Assembly (NCBI RefSeq): GCF_040869285.1
Contig: NC_090432.1
Origin: Myxine glutinosa
Taxonomy: Eukaryota
DNA length: 64,000 nucleotides
Direction: 5' to 3' (one strand)
Shown here: in pieces, positions 1 to 10,502 of the stretch
Numbering within the stretch: position 1 is the first letter of the stretch
How the letters are laid out: each line of letters opens with the position of its first letter
The notes under the pieces: model-generated
What the model was told of the DNA's origin: nothing
The model's database searches: none
The model's input: only the letters and a program-made list of their open reading frames with translations
Made by a program: the position numbers and the translations under genes

Positions 1-150
1 CTACAAACTCCTCAGAAAACAGGACACCAACACCATTCACGCCTTCTGGGCACTCTTGCCACACAAACTTGTATTTCTGTCCCTGCCTACCCTTCACCAT
101 TCTCACACCACTTCCCTTCCATCTCGTCTCCTGCACACAACATATGTCCA
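1..150 (-). mobile_element. Short 5' fragment of an RTE-clade LINE (endonuclease region), inverted partial copy of 3761-3910
   Basis: The reverse complement of 1-150 is near-identical to 3761-3910, the N-terminal endonuclease coding part of the full LINE. The minus-frame ORF reads ...FCPCLPFTILTPLPFHLVSCTQHMST... on both copies. Confidence 0.6.
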
Positions 151-461
151 CAAAAGGAACGGTAGAGAGAGGAGGAATACACCAACAGCAGAGATCAAGG
201 GCAAGATCGAAGCAGACTTGGATAAACAATGGGTATGCGGAGGAATGTCGGGCAGGAGAGGATCCATGGGTTGGACAAGATTGTTGCAGAAGGAAACTCC
301 AAGGAGGGAAAATTGTAAGGAGGTTAATGAAGATAGAAAATGTCATGGACTTGGATTGGGGACAATGCATGCGCAACCTTGCATTGTTGCCCTCCTGTTT
401 TCCCTTCACCACACTTTATGACTTTTGGTCAATTCCCCCCTCCCCTGTTGTTCTGTTCTTC

Positions 462-465
<4 letters not shown>

Positions 466-494
<29 letters not shown>
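466..494. repeat. (GT)n microsatellite
   Basis: An uninterrupted GT dinucleotide run. Confidence 0.9.
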
Positions 495-495
<1 letters not shown>

Positions 496-605
496 ACAGA
501 TAATTGAAGTTTACAATCTAAGTAAAGTGAAGCTAAAATACTGGTAAGGTGAACGAACAAAAGATTCATATCACCAAAACTTGAAGCATGCAGAAGAGAC
601 GCTGA

Positions 606-734
<129 letters not shown>

Positions 735-923
735 TGATGCCAAAGGCAAACAAAGTTTGGCGTTCCCATCTGAGCATAAAGCTCATGATGCCTACGTCAC
801 AGGTTTTAAAATCGATAGTTTCGCGATTTCTCAATTGTCTACAAATGCCTTTGTAACCTTTTTAAAATCGCGCTGCCTTGTGGCCTTGTCCTGCATGAAA
901 TACACGTTTCAGCTTCTCTGTGA

Positions 924-1232
<309 letters not shown>

Positions 1233-1274
1233 TAGTCTGACTTTAATGCCCTTCCCCTTCCCCTCTCCCCATAG

Positions 1275-1373
<99 letters not shown>

Positions 1374-1455
1374 TAGGAAGCAGCGGTTCATTATCATAAT
1401 GACTTAACTTTGCGATGCCAGCGTTGTTGGTGTATTCTGTACTGTCTCTGTATAA

Positions 1456-1605
<150 letters not shown>

Positions 1606-2699
1606 TGATGAATTGGGGTGTTCATAATAAAACTTGTTTCGAGTCCGAGAGTATGAAATTTTGTTTTTATCCACTTAAAAGCATCCTGGGCACATCCCAA
1701 GTGTAACCATCAATTTTAATCCAATTTCGTCCAGCGGTTCAGGGCAGAGAATGAAAACAGACACTTGTCAAATCATATATATTGTTATGGGGATCCGGGG
1801 TTCACCACGAGGGGAGACTCCTCGGGTTTGTCTCAACCTCCGATCCTGAGGTCGCCGGCTTCGGATGACTCTGCTGTCCGGCGGGTTGCTAGCCAACCAC
1901 GAATGCCAATTAGAAGGCAAAATCTCCCAAGGTCCTCCATCTGATGCCATTTACCTGGGAGGTAGGGAAGGAGGGGACATGACCTGCCTAATCGGGGATC
2001 ACACCCTCGGTATGTGTCTGTTTAACTAGTCAATCAGGTGCAGCCGAGAGGAGCTGCCAGACACTTACCAGCTTCGTCGTGGAGCCAATCGGTGGGAAAG
2101 AATGTCCCGTCTATCGCTAGTTCAGACAATACTAGACCAATGGAGGAAAAGTCATCACAAGATCAGATCAGAAAAAAACATGTGTAGGTGGTTAATTATT
2201 TATAAAAAGGGTGCGAGGAAAGACATGCGGCACATTAATACAATGTTTTTATTCACAAGGTACAGCAGACATACATTTATTCATGTGGTGTGGTAAAAGA
2301 CAACAACAATGGGGAAATTTGTGTGGTGCGGCAATGTACAAAAGAAAAAACACACAGTGCTGATCTTACCCGACTAAATCCCTTATACAATCGTACCTAT
2401 GCAAACATAACATTGCTGCCAAAGCAGACTCACACCAGAGAGAAAGGTAGAAAGGTTTCAGACAGAAAAGAGCAAGGTGAGGCTTGAACGACCTCTTGGC
2501 TCACCACGTGAGAGACCGACAAGTCTGTCGCTTCCCGATACTAGGGAAAGAGCAATGGGGAGTAAATTGTCTTGCTCTCCGAGATTGAACCCTCGCCCAG
2601 CTTTCTCTGACGCTCCTCTCCCGTTCCTCTGCTCCTCTATATTCCCTGTCTGGGTTTCTTCTTCCTCCTTTTTTTGTCTCCCGGTTTTTCTGCAGTCGA

Positions 2700-3253
2700 T
2701 CATCTCTTTATCCAGACAGTTATGCCTTTTATGCATCCCAGGAGGGGTGAGGATCAAAGGGTGACACCCCACTTTTTCCAGGCGTGGTTGACGGGAGCAA
2801 AAAGTCTTTCTATCTTCTACCAACTCCTCTCCGGCCTTGCACCCCCTGCTCTGTCTGTGCTCTATCCCCCAAGTATTCCTGCAGGACGCACAATATCTGC
2901 GAGCAACGCTCTTCTGGTGAAACTGCCAAAATGAAGACTCTTTGCTCACCTTCACTCTTTCATTCCTCTTTTTTCCAGCCTCTGGAACAAACTACCTCAC
3001 TCTCTTCAATCCCACTCCTCCCTCCTGGTTTTTAAAACAGCTGTTCACCACCATCTCATATCTTCCCTCATCCAAAACCTTGATCTTTTCTATCCGCGTT
3101 AATCCACTCCAAACCCACCTACTTTAAATTCCCTGTTTTCTTTCCTGAAAGCCCCTGTACTGTCCATCTTGTTTATCCCGTGTACCCTGCCCCAGCCCTC
3201 TCTCTTCCACAGATTTCCTGATGTCCCTGTTCCCTACTGTTGTTGTGCTTCCT

Positions 3254-3284
<31 letters not shown>

Positions 3285-3285
3285 C
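2700..3285 (+). mobile_element. 3' fragment of CR1/jockey-like LINE (family B: C-terminal RT plus 3' UTR)
   Basis: The + frames read ...FYQLLSGLAPPALS...LVKLPK and ...FIPLFSSLWNKLPHSLQSHSSLLVFKTAVHHHLISS...NLDLFYPR. These match the C-terminus of the 10866-12848 RT ORF. The fragment ends in a CT-rich UTR. Confidence 0.7.
3243..3279. repeat. (CT)n microsatellite
   Basis: A CT dinucleotide run at the LINE-B 3' UTR. Confidence 0.85.
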
Positions 3286-3715
3286 CACTCCCTCCATTAT
3301 GTACAGTCACGTGAAAAAGTAAGTACACCCCATGTAAAGTTTTGACTTTTTCAACATATTTCAACATACAGCTATTTGATCTTCATTTCAAAAATATTGA
3401 TAAAGGTGATATAATACAACAAATATCATGAAACATTTACATTTTGTAGTCCGTTGTATAATTTAAATAAGCATAAATGCAAATTTTGCATGTGGAAAAA
3501 GTAAGTACACCCTTGGCTCTCACAGGTGGTATTGCCCCCTTTGGCAGAAACAACCTCAAGTAGGTGTTTCTTATAACTGTCTACCAGTCTCTGACATCGA
3601 CTGGGAGAAATTTTTGCCCACTCCATGCAGAATTGTTGATTGTTGATTTGTAATATTTGTAATTTGTAATTGTTGATTTGTAATACTCAGTTCCTGACAC
3701 ACCTCAGTAGGGACA

Positions 3716-4813
3716 ATGACAGGGAGATCAGGAGAAGTGGTGGAAGTATTGGTCAGAAGAAGAGTGGACATATGTTGTGTGCAAGAGACGAGATGGAAGG
3801 GAAGTGGTGTGAGAATGGTGAAGGGTAGGCAGGGACAGAAATACAAGCTTGTGTGGCAAGGGTGCCCGGAGGGCGTGAATGGTGTTGGTGTCCTGTTTTC
3901 TGAGGAGTTTGTAGACAGTGTGGTGAGTGTGACTAGAGTGAGTGATAGGTTGATGATGGTGAAAATGATGATTGGAAAGCTCTTGGTGAACGTCATCTCG
4001 GGATATGCTCCGCAGGTTGGTCGAAGCGATGAAGAGAAGGACAAGTTCTGGTGTGCGATAGAGAAGCTGATGGAAAACGTGAAAGATGAGGAAGTTGTTG
4101 TGGTGGGAGGAGACCTAAATGGACATGTGGGAAGGAGTATGGACGGTTTTGAGGGAGTTCATGGGGGTTACGGATATGGTGTGAGAAATGGAGAAGGTGA
4201 AAGGATTTTGGAGTTTGCTGATGGAGCTGATTTGTTGATTTGTAATACTCAGTTCCAGAAAGAGGACAATAAGCTTGTTACATACACGTCAGGTGGGTCG
4301 ACGACAACCGTTGACTACCTGATGGTGCGTAGGCGAGATAGGGGGCACCTCCGGGACACAAAGGTGATCCCGGGGGAGGAGGCTGTTTCACAGCACCACT
4401 TGGTTGTCTGCGACATAAGGGTGAAAGGTGCGAGGAGAGCTCGGCGGGTGAAGTACCAACCGAGAATGAAGGTGTGGAGGTTGAAAGAGGTGACAGTAAG
4501 GGAGGCATTAAAAGAGAGGCTGAGTAGGGTAGAGGATGATGTGGTTGAGCTTGAAAGTGGTTGGATGTCAATGAAAGCTAGTCTGTTGGGAGCCGTTGGT
4601 GAGGTATGTGGATGGACAAAAGGACCACCGAGGCACTCGGAAACATGGTGGTGGGATGTTGAGGTTGGAAAGAGGATTGACGAGAAGAGGAAGAAGTTCA
4701 AAGAGTGGCAGAAGGCGAAGGGTACGGGAGCAGAAACAGCAGAGCATGAAAGTTATAAGGCAGCCAGGAAGGCTGCAAAGAAACAGCTAGCAAAGGCACA
4801 GGAGGGCATGTAG
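3716..4813 (+). CDS. LINE apurinic-endonuclease (EEP) domain ORF
   Basis: A 365-aa ORF containing ...DICCVQETRWKG...VISGYAPQ...VVVGGDLNGHVG..., which is typical of LINE APE-type endonucleases. It ends with TAG one codon-phase away from the RT ORF. Confidence 0.75.
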   Translation: MTGRSGEVVEVLVRRRVDICCVQETRWKGSGVRMVKGRQGQKYKLVWQGCPEGVNGVGVLFSEEFVDSVVSVTRVSDRLMMVKMMIGKLLVNVISGYAPQVGRSDEEKDKFWCAIEKLMENVKDEEVVVVGGDLNGHVGRSMDGFEGVHGGYGYGVRNGEGERILEFADGADLLICNTQFQKEDNKLVTYTSGGSTTTVDYLMVRRRDRGHLRDTKVIPGEEAVSQHHLVVCDIRVKGARRARRVKYQPRMKVWRLKEVTVREALKERLSRVEDDVVELESGWMSMKASLLGAVGEVCGWTKGPPRHSETWWWDVEVGKRIDEKRKKFKEWQKAKGTGAETAEHESYKAARKAAKKQLAKAQEGM

Positions 4814-4817
4814 GAAA

Positions 4818-6707
4818 ATGTTCGGAGAACGCTTGGATTCGGAAGAGGGTCAGAAAGCAGTATTCAGGATTGCAAAGCAGATAGCGAAAGAGAGGTGTGA
4901 TGTGATGGGGGTGAGTTGCTTGAAGGATGAAGTGGGACAAATCGTTGTCGACCCAGATGGAATTAAAGGAAGATGGAAAAGATATATGGAAATGCTGTTG
5001 AATACAGAGAATGAATGGGATGGCAACATAGAGAGTAACCCAGTTTTAGGACTGGCAGAGAAGATAACTGAGAAGGAAGTTGAGGAAGCGATAAAAGCAA
5101 TGAAGAGTGGAAAAGCAGGAGGGCCGACGGGAGTTGTGGGAGATATGTTGAAGGCAGCAGGAAGTTGGGGTGTGAAGAGAATGACAGAGATCTGTAATCT
5201 GGTGGTGAAAGAAGGCCGCATTCCAGTGGATTGGGAACTGAGTACCCTCGTCCCTCTATACAAGGGGAAAGGTGACCCTCTGGAGTGTGGCTCGTACCGA
5301 GCGATAAAGTTATTGGAGCATGGAATGAAGGTATTGGAAAGGGTGTTGGAGAGGAGGATAAGGAAGAAAGTGAAGATCGACGAAATGCAGTTTGGATTTA
5401 TGCCAGGAAGAGGAACGACAGATGCGCTTTTCATTGTGAGGCAGTTGCAGGAGAAGTACATGGATAAGAGGAAGAAGTTGTTTTTTGGGTTTGTTGATCT
5501 GGAGAAAGCATTCGATAGGGTTCCACGCAAAGTATTGACATGGGCATTGAGGAAGTTAGGAGTGGAGGAATGGTTGATCAGAGTAGTGATGGCAATGTAC
5601 AAAAGAGCACGCACAGCTGTAAGGACGAAGGACGGGAACAGTGGTGAGTTTGAGGTGAAGGTGGGAGTGCATCAGGGGTCGGTACTAAGTCCACTACTAT
5701 TTGTAGCTGTGATGGAGGTGCTGGCTCAGACCGTAAAGGAGGGTTTACCGTGGGAGTTGTTGTATGCAGATGATCTGGTGTTGATTGCGGAAAGTATGGA
5801 TGGACTGAAGGAAAAAATGAACAAGTGGAAGGAATGTATGGAGACAAAAGGTCTGAAGGTGAATATCGGAAAGACAAAGGTGATGGCAAGTGGTAAAGCA
5901 TGTGGTGAGGTGGAAAGAACTGGGAAGTGGCCGTGTGCTGTGTGCAGGAAGGGTGTCGGAGTGAACTCCATTCAATGTACAATGTGTGCTGAGTGGGTTC
6001 ATCAAAAATGTAGTGGTCTGAGAGGGTCATTAACCAGTGTGGCAGCTACATTCAAATGTAAGGTGTGCACAGAGGGAGCTGCAGATGGAGGAAATGTTGA
6101 GTTGGATCTTGGAGACGGCGTGAAGCTGGAAGGTGTGAAAACATTTTGCTACCTCGGAGACATGCTGAATGGAGAAGGTGGATCAGACTCGGCAACGGTT
6201 GCTCGAGTGAGATGTGCATGGAAGAAGTTTCGGGAACTGAGTGGCGTGCTGATGAGGAGGAGAGTGTCGCTGAAGCTGAAGGGAAAGGTGTATGCTGCAT
6301 GTGTGAGAAGTGTTATGATTTATGGGAGCGAGACATGGGTAATGAACGTAGAGCAGCAACGAAGGCTGGAAAGGGTGGAAATGCGAATGGTTCGATGGAT
6401 GTGCGGAATATCGTTGAGAGAGAGGAAGACAAATGATGAATTGCGAAAGATGATGGGAATATTGCCTGTGATTGATGCTGTGAAGAGGAACAGGTTGAGA
6501 TGGTTTGGTCATGTATTGAGGAAGGATGAAAGTGACTGGTTGAGAAGAGTGATGGAAGTTAATGTAGAAGGAAGTAGAGGACGGGGAAGACCGAGAAAGA
6601 CTTGGCTAAAGATGGTGGAAGAAGAAATGCGGGCAAGGGGGTTAACAAGGAGAGATGCAGAAAATAGGGCAAAATGGAGAAGATTGTCATGGGGGTCGCA
6701 AGGCTAA
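4818..6707 (+). CDS. LINE reverse transcriptase ORF with PHD-like Cys cluster and RTE C-terminus
   Basis: A 629-aa ORF. RT motifs FGFMPGRGTTDA and YADDLVLIA are present. A C4HC3-like cluster reads CAVCRKGVGVNSIQCTMCAEWVHQKC...CKVC. The C-terminus carries RWFGHVLRKD...GRGRPRKTW. The reading frame is +1 relative to the endonuclease ORF. Confidence 0.8.
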   Translation: MFGERLDSEEGQKAVFRIAKQIAKERCDVMGVSCLKDEVGQIVVDPDGIKGRWKRYMEMLLNTENEWDGNIESNPVLGLAEKITEKEVEEAIKAMKSGKAGGPTGVVGDMLKAAGSWGVKRMTEICNLVVKEGRIPVDWELSTLVPLYKGKGDPLECGSYRAIKLLEHGMKVLERVLERRIRKKVKIDEMQFGFMPGRGTTDALFIVRQLQEKYMDKRKKLFFGFVDLEKAFDRVPRKVLTWALRKLGVEEWLIRVVMAMYKRARTAVRTKDGNSGEFEVKVGVHQGSVLSPLLFVAVMEVLAQTVKEGLPWELLYADDLVLIAESMDGLKEKMNKWKECMETKGLKVNIGKTKVMASGKACGEVERTGKWPCAVCRKGVGVNSIQCTMCAEWVHQKCSGLRGSLTSVAATFKCKVCTEGAADGGNVELDLGDGVKLEGVKTFCYLGDMLNGEGGSDSATVARVRCAWKKFRELSGVLMRRRVSLKLKGKVYAACVRSVMIYGSETWVMNVEQQRRLERVEMRMVRWMCGISLRERKTNDELRKMMGILPVIDAVKRNRLRWFGHVLRKDESDWLRRVMEVNVEGSRGRGRPRKTWLKMVEEEMRARGLTRRDAENRAKWRRLSWGSQG

Positions 6708-6897
6708 CCCCCGCTCTAGCAGGGAACATGGCCTTAAAATGCATGTTGTTGTTGTTGTATGCAGAATTATTTCAGCTGCGCGATGTTTGAGGGGTTTCTT
6801 GCATGCACAGCTCGTTTCAAATCCCCCAACAACATCTCGATGGGATTTAGATCCGGGCTTTGACTTGGCCATTCCAGAACCCTCCATTTCTTTCTTT

Positions 6898-7398
6898 TCA
6901 GCCATTCCTTGGTGGATTTACTGGTATGTTAGGGTCATTGTTATGTTGCAAGGTCCACCTTCGGTTGAGCTGCAACTTTCCGACAGATGGCCTCACATTA
7001 TCCTCAAGCATCCTCTGGTACAATGAAGAATTCATAGTGGATTCCATGATGGTGAGCTGTCCAGGCCCTGATGCAGCAAAGCTGCCCCAAGCCATAATAT
7101 TTCCACCACCATGCTTTACAGTTGGTATCAGGTTCTTGTGGTCAAATACTGTCTTTGGTTTTCGCCCAACATGTCTTCTGGTAGTGTGGCCAAACAGCTC
7201 TACCTTTGACTCATCTGTCCAGAGCACATTGTTCCAGAAGTGCTGGTCTTTGCCTAGGTGTTCATTGGCAAACTTTAGTCTTGCCCTGATGTTCTTTCTG
7301 GACAGCAAAGGTTTCCTCCTGGCACACCTCCCATGTAGATCAAATTTATGCAGCCTCTTTCTAATGGTAGACTCGTGCACTTTGACATCAACTGGCAA
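6898..7398 (-). pseudogene. Tc1 transposase fragment (DDE catalytic region) of the interrupted copy
   Basis: The fragment reads ...LWTDESKVELFGH...KHGGGNIMAWG...LQHNNDP.... It carries a frameshift, and the upstream N-terminal region contains stop codons, including the GF*KISK stop shared with the copy at 40113. Confidence 0.75.
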
Positions 7399-8720
7399 GA
7401 GCTACCTGTAGGTCCCGTGATGACATTCTGGGGTTCTTAGAGACTTTTCAGCATCTTGCGGTCTGCTCTCGGGCTGAACTTGCTGGGGCGGCCTGGCCTG
7501 AACAAGTTGGCAGTTGTTTGGAATCTTCTCCACTTGTAGATGATCTTCCAGACAGTCGAATGATTGATTTCAAATTGTTTGGAGATCTTTTAAAATCCCT
7601 TCCCAGACTCGTAGGCATCTATAACCTTCTTTCTGAAGGCCTCAGAGAGCTCTTTTGATCTAGGCATGGTGACGCCGCACACTTCAACAACAAAGAGCAA
7701 ACCAAACTAAATGTCTGAGGTTTAAATAAGACCGGTTCCTCCAAGATCCTCTCCAACGATGTTCTAATCATTTGCACCTGAGCTGGTGCACCTGATTTTA
7801 ATTTTAGGTATTTGAAGTAGTGATAAATGTAAGGGTGTACTTACTTTTTCCACATGTGAAATTTGCATTTATGTTTATATAAATTATACAATGGACTACA
7901 AAATGTAAATGTTTCATGATATTTGTTATATTATATCACCTTTATCTATCAATATTGTTGAAATGAAGATCAAATTGCTGTATGTTGAAATATGTTGAAA
8001 AAGTCAAAACTTTACATGGGGTGTACTTACTTTTTCACGTGACTGTATGCGTTAGCTCTCATACGAGCCCAGACTAACAAAAAAGGTCATGTGCCGCCCC
8101 CTTTGTTCCTGGTGCGGTGTATCCAATAGCCCAGATGAGCCTCGGTGAGTCATCCTCTCCACAGGCTTGATGGTCTGAAAAGGTCCTCGGTCACTCTCGG
8201 GACAGGCCATGTACTTAGGCAGTTAAGACCAAAAAATAGGGCGTATCGTTCATTTTTTCAGGAAAGCACCAAATTTGGCACCGATGTAGTATGGACCTAT
8301 ACAATTGTTTTCCTGAGGGGTGCCCAAAAATTCAGAACCCCTGGTGGCCGCCATATTGAATTTCAACATAACCTCCCTTGGTGACCTATTTCCCTCAATA
8401 ACTTCTATACTATGAGCGATAACACCACAGTTCCAGTATCTTACCCCATGTTTTCATGGTCTCTGAATACAATGGGATCAATTGCATAAAGATTGGCATC
8501 CATCATCTTTAATTTCAAGATGGCCACCATGGTGTTTCCATTTTCATTGAATCTCATAGTATTTTAGGTAAAATTTCAATTCCAAGTGATACACATTGTT
8601 TTATTGGTCTCTGATAACAATGGAATGGTATTAATTAATCAAAGTTACACACAGTTGCAGTTTTAACTTAAAATATTGTGGGCACTTGAAAGGTGGAGGC
8701 TCTCGCACAGACACGTAGTA

Positions 8721-9062
8721 CTACAAGCACTGTCCATCGCAGTCACACAGTGATGTGCAGGGCAGATTTGCCCTGGGGCATTTACAGTTGCCTTTACAGG
8801 CCGACTTACAATGGCAGCTTGTAAGCTCTGAACATGCCTCCTGTATCAGTGGTATTGTGGTCCAAATTGGTGTCCAAGAAGTCCCTGTTTTCATCCAGCC
8901 CCAATCAGCTGGTGATGGAAGTTCTGGGTAGGGCACAAGTGCCTGACTCCATACGTGTCCAGCCTGAAAACATGCACGTTTTAGGTGTTGTTCAAAGGCG
9001 TCTGCTGTTGGGGGAATGTGATCAATTGTTCTTGCCTTCTTCGTGAACAAGTGTCGGCGCAT
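8721..9062 (-). pseudogene. Cys-rich (CXC/tesmin-like pattern) ORF fragment inside the TIR element
   Basis: The fragment reads ...SCHCKSACKGNCKCPRANLPCTSLCDCDGQC. It is contiguous, in another frame, with the 8981-9172 and 9139-9582 minus ORFs, suggesting one frameshifted gene. Confidence 0.35.
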
Positions 9063-9138
9063 GTTTTCCTGAGTTTACTCATGTTTACCACTGTCTTTAT
9101 CTCGGTAGTCCGGTCATAGAGGATGGCAACACATCTTT

Positions 9139-9582
9139 CTATGCTCTGTAGTTCCATAGTAATAGCGTCCACAGATGGCCTATAAGCGAGAGCATGAAAG
9201 GTCTGCGTGATGCTGGGGTATGCCTCCCAAGCCTTCCAGGCTGTCTTTTTCCCAATTTGGGCAAAAAATGACTGTCGCAGCCAGTGAAGGCATGAAATAA
9301 TGGCAAAGACTCGGACTTCCTGCGGCCAAGGCCGGGGGCAATTTTATGGATGGCAAGGTAGCGGTAGCTTTTACCAGTGCCAATGGCAATCCAGAGTTCC
9401 TCCACACCGTGTGACTGGTAGGTAAAGTAGTGTGCTATTGCCAAGACCACAATATCAGAGTCTACAGTTCGAATCAATACCCGTTTTCTCCCCTTTTTCA
9501 CGACATCCAGGACATTTTTGGGGATTTTTTGAATTTTCTGAATTTTTGGGCGCCCCTCAGGAAAACAATTGTATAGGTCCAT
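9139..9582 (-). pseudogene. N-terminal ORF fragment of the TIR-element protein (possible nuclease-like motifs VDSDIVVLAI / HAFTGCDS)
   Basis: A 147-aa minus-strand ORF that starts inside the right TIR. The domain assignment is uncertain. Confidence 0.3.
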
Positions 9583-10368
9583 ACTACATCTGTGCCAAAT
9601 TTGGTGCTTTCCTGAAAAAATGAAGATGCTTCCTCTTAACTGCCTAACTAATGGTCCTCAGCTCCCGACTTAACATGGGGCCGACCTTCACTGTTCCTTG
9701 CTCCCTGCCTAAATGCCCGGAATGTCTTTGCTGACAGGAAGGAACAGTGGGATGGCCTGCGCAGGTTTGCGCTAACTGGCGGTGAACTTTGATGGTGGGG
9801 GCGTGGGTGAAATGGCATCCTTGAGCAGCGTAAGATGGTGGTTGCAGCAATTCAGCGTAAGCAGGTGGTTGAAGTGGTTGTGGTGTTCTGCTGGTTGAGG
9901 AGCTGTTGTTGAACAGCGTTGTGGTTGAACCTTTCTAGTGGTGCAAGCGTGGGTGAATGAGGAGTAAATAAAACGAGATGATGGTCATTAGTCTTGCGGT
10001 GGAGGGATGTGGTTGTGATGTGGTGGAGGTAGTTTGTAGTCCTGTGGTGGTTAAACTGCGGTTGAGTTGCTGCTGTAGTGGTGGTGGGAGTTTGGTTCTG
10101 GCATGCAGATTTGAATCGAGTTTTGGCGCGCGTATGCTGATGAGGGATGGTGTGCTTATCCCTCTGCAGCTCGAGAGAAGCAGAACGCATCCACCTCCAA
10201 AGGATAGCAAAGTGGGGGGAAAACCTAACTCATCTCACACAACCCATATCCCCTTTGAAACGCACTAGACACAAGGAAGGACTGTCTGGAACATTTAAGA
10301 ATGAAGCGACTAACTCGGAAACCGATTTTATATTTGTGTATATAGTAGTTTGCCAATGTGTGTTTCAG

Positions 10369-10502
10369 GCTGCGGTCCAGTTATGCGGGTGGACAACAAG
10401 CTGCAGACCTTCCAGCGGTGTGTGTACCTGGGTGATCATTGTCAGGATGTCGTCAGCAACATCGGATCTCCGCACAAAGTTTTTTACAAGTCTGAAGATA
10501 AG
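10369..10502 (+). CDS. PHAF1: PHAF1 coding exon
   Basis: The acceptor is tgtttcag and the donor is AAG|gttagc. The exon encodes [45 protein letters not shown], against human [45 protein letters not shown]. Confidence 0.8.

Larger units (their letters stand above)
3635..6758 (+). mobile_element. Full-length RTE-clade LINE (about 3.1 kb) nested in the Tc1, flanked by a 10-bp TSD ATGCAGAATT (3625-3634 and 6759-6768)
   Basis: The 5' UTR is only about 80 bp. The endonuclease and RT are contiguous, and the RTE-type C-terminal motifs RLRWFGHVLR and RGRGRPRKTW are present. The 3' tail ...GGCCTTAAAATGCATG(TTG)n is followed directly by the duplicated Tc1 target sequence. Confidence 0.8.
3302..8047 (-). 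mobile_element. Tc1-like DNA transposon (family A) split by a nested LINE insertion
   Basis: The terminal IRs are TACAGTCACGTGAAAAAGTAAGTACACCCC at 3302 and its reverse complement at about 8020-8047. An internal DR (GGAAAAAGTAAGTACACCC) gives an IR/DR structure. The transposase C-terminus (MEWAKISPSRCQRLVDSYKK...GGNTT) lies on the minus strand at 3426-3626 and the catalytic part at 6898-7398. The two halves are contiguous when the 3635-6758 LINE is removed. TA flanks both ends. The spliced-out length of about 1.62 kb equals the intact copy at 39660-41280. Confidence 0.8.
8215..9647. mobile_element. About 1.4-kb element bounded by roughly 120-bp terminal inverted repeats (unclassified, probably a degenerate DNA transposon)
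   Basis: 8215-8335 (TTAGGCAGTTAAGACC...GGAAAGCACCAAATTTGGCAC...CCCAAAAATTCAG) is the reverse complement of 9530-9647. The internal minus-strand ORF fragments are broken by frameshifts. Confidence 0.55.

Noticed and set aside
1790-2100. GC-rich about 300-bp block (GGGGATCCGGGGTTCACCACGAGG...TTAACTAGTCAATCAGGTGCAGCCGAGAGGAGCTGCC) suspected to be a small RNA gene or SINE
   Set aside because: No recognisable snRNA, 5S or 7SL signature and no internal repeats in the window. There is too little evidence to call it.
4850-5614. 254-aa ORF antisense to the LINE RT, and several other antisense or overlapping ORFs (e.g. 4278-4701, 5578-6030, 6183-6512)
   Set aside because: They lie opposite or overlapping a well-supported RT coding frame, have biased low-complexity composition, and show no motifs.
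9640-10270. GT/GGT-rich region with overlapping ORFs on both strands
   Set aside because: This is a low-complexity (GGTG/GTT) sequence. The ORFs mirror each other and lack coding features.
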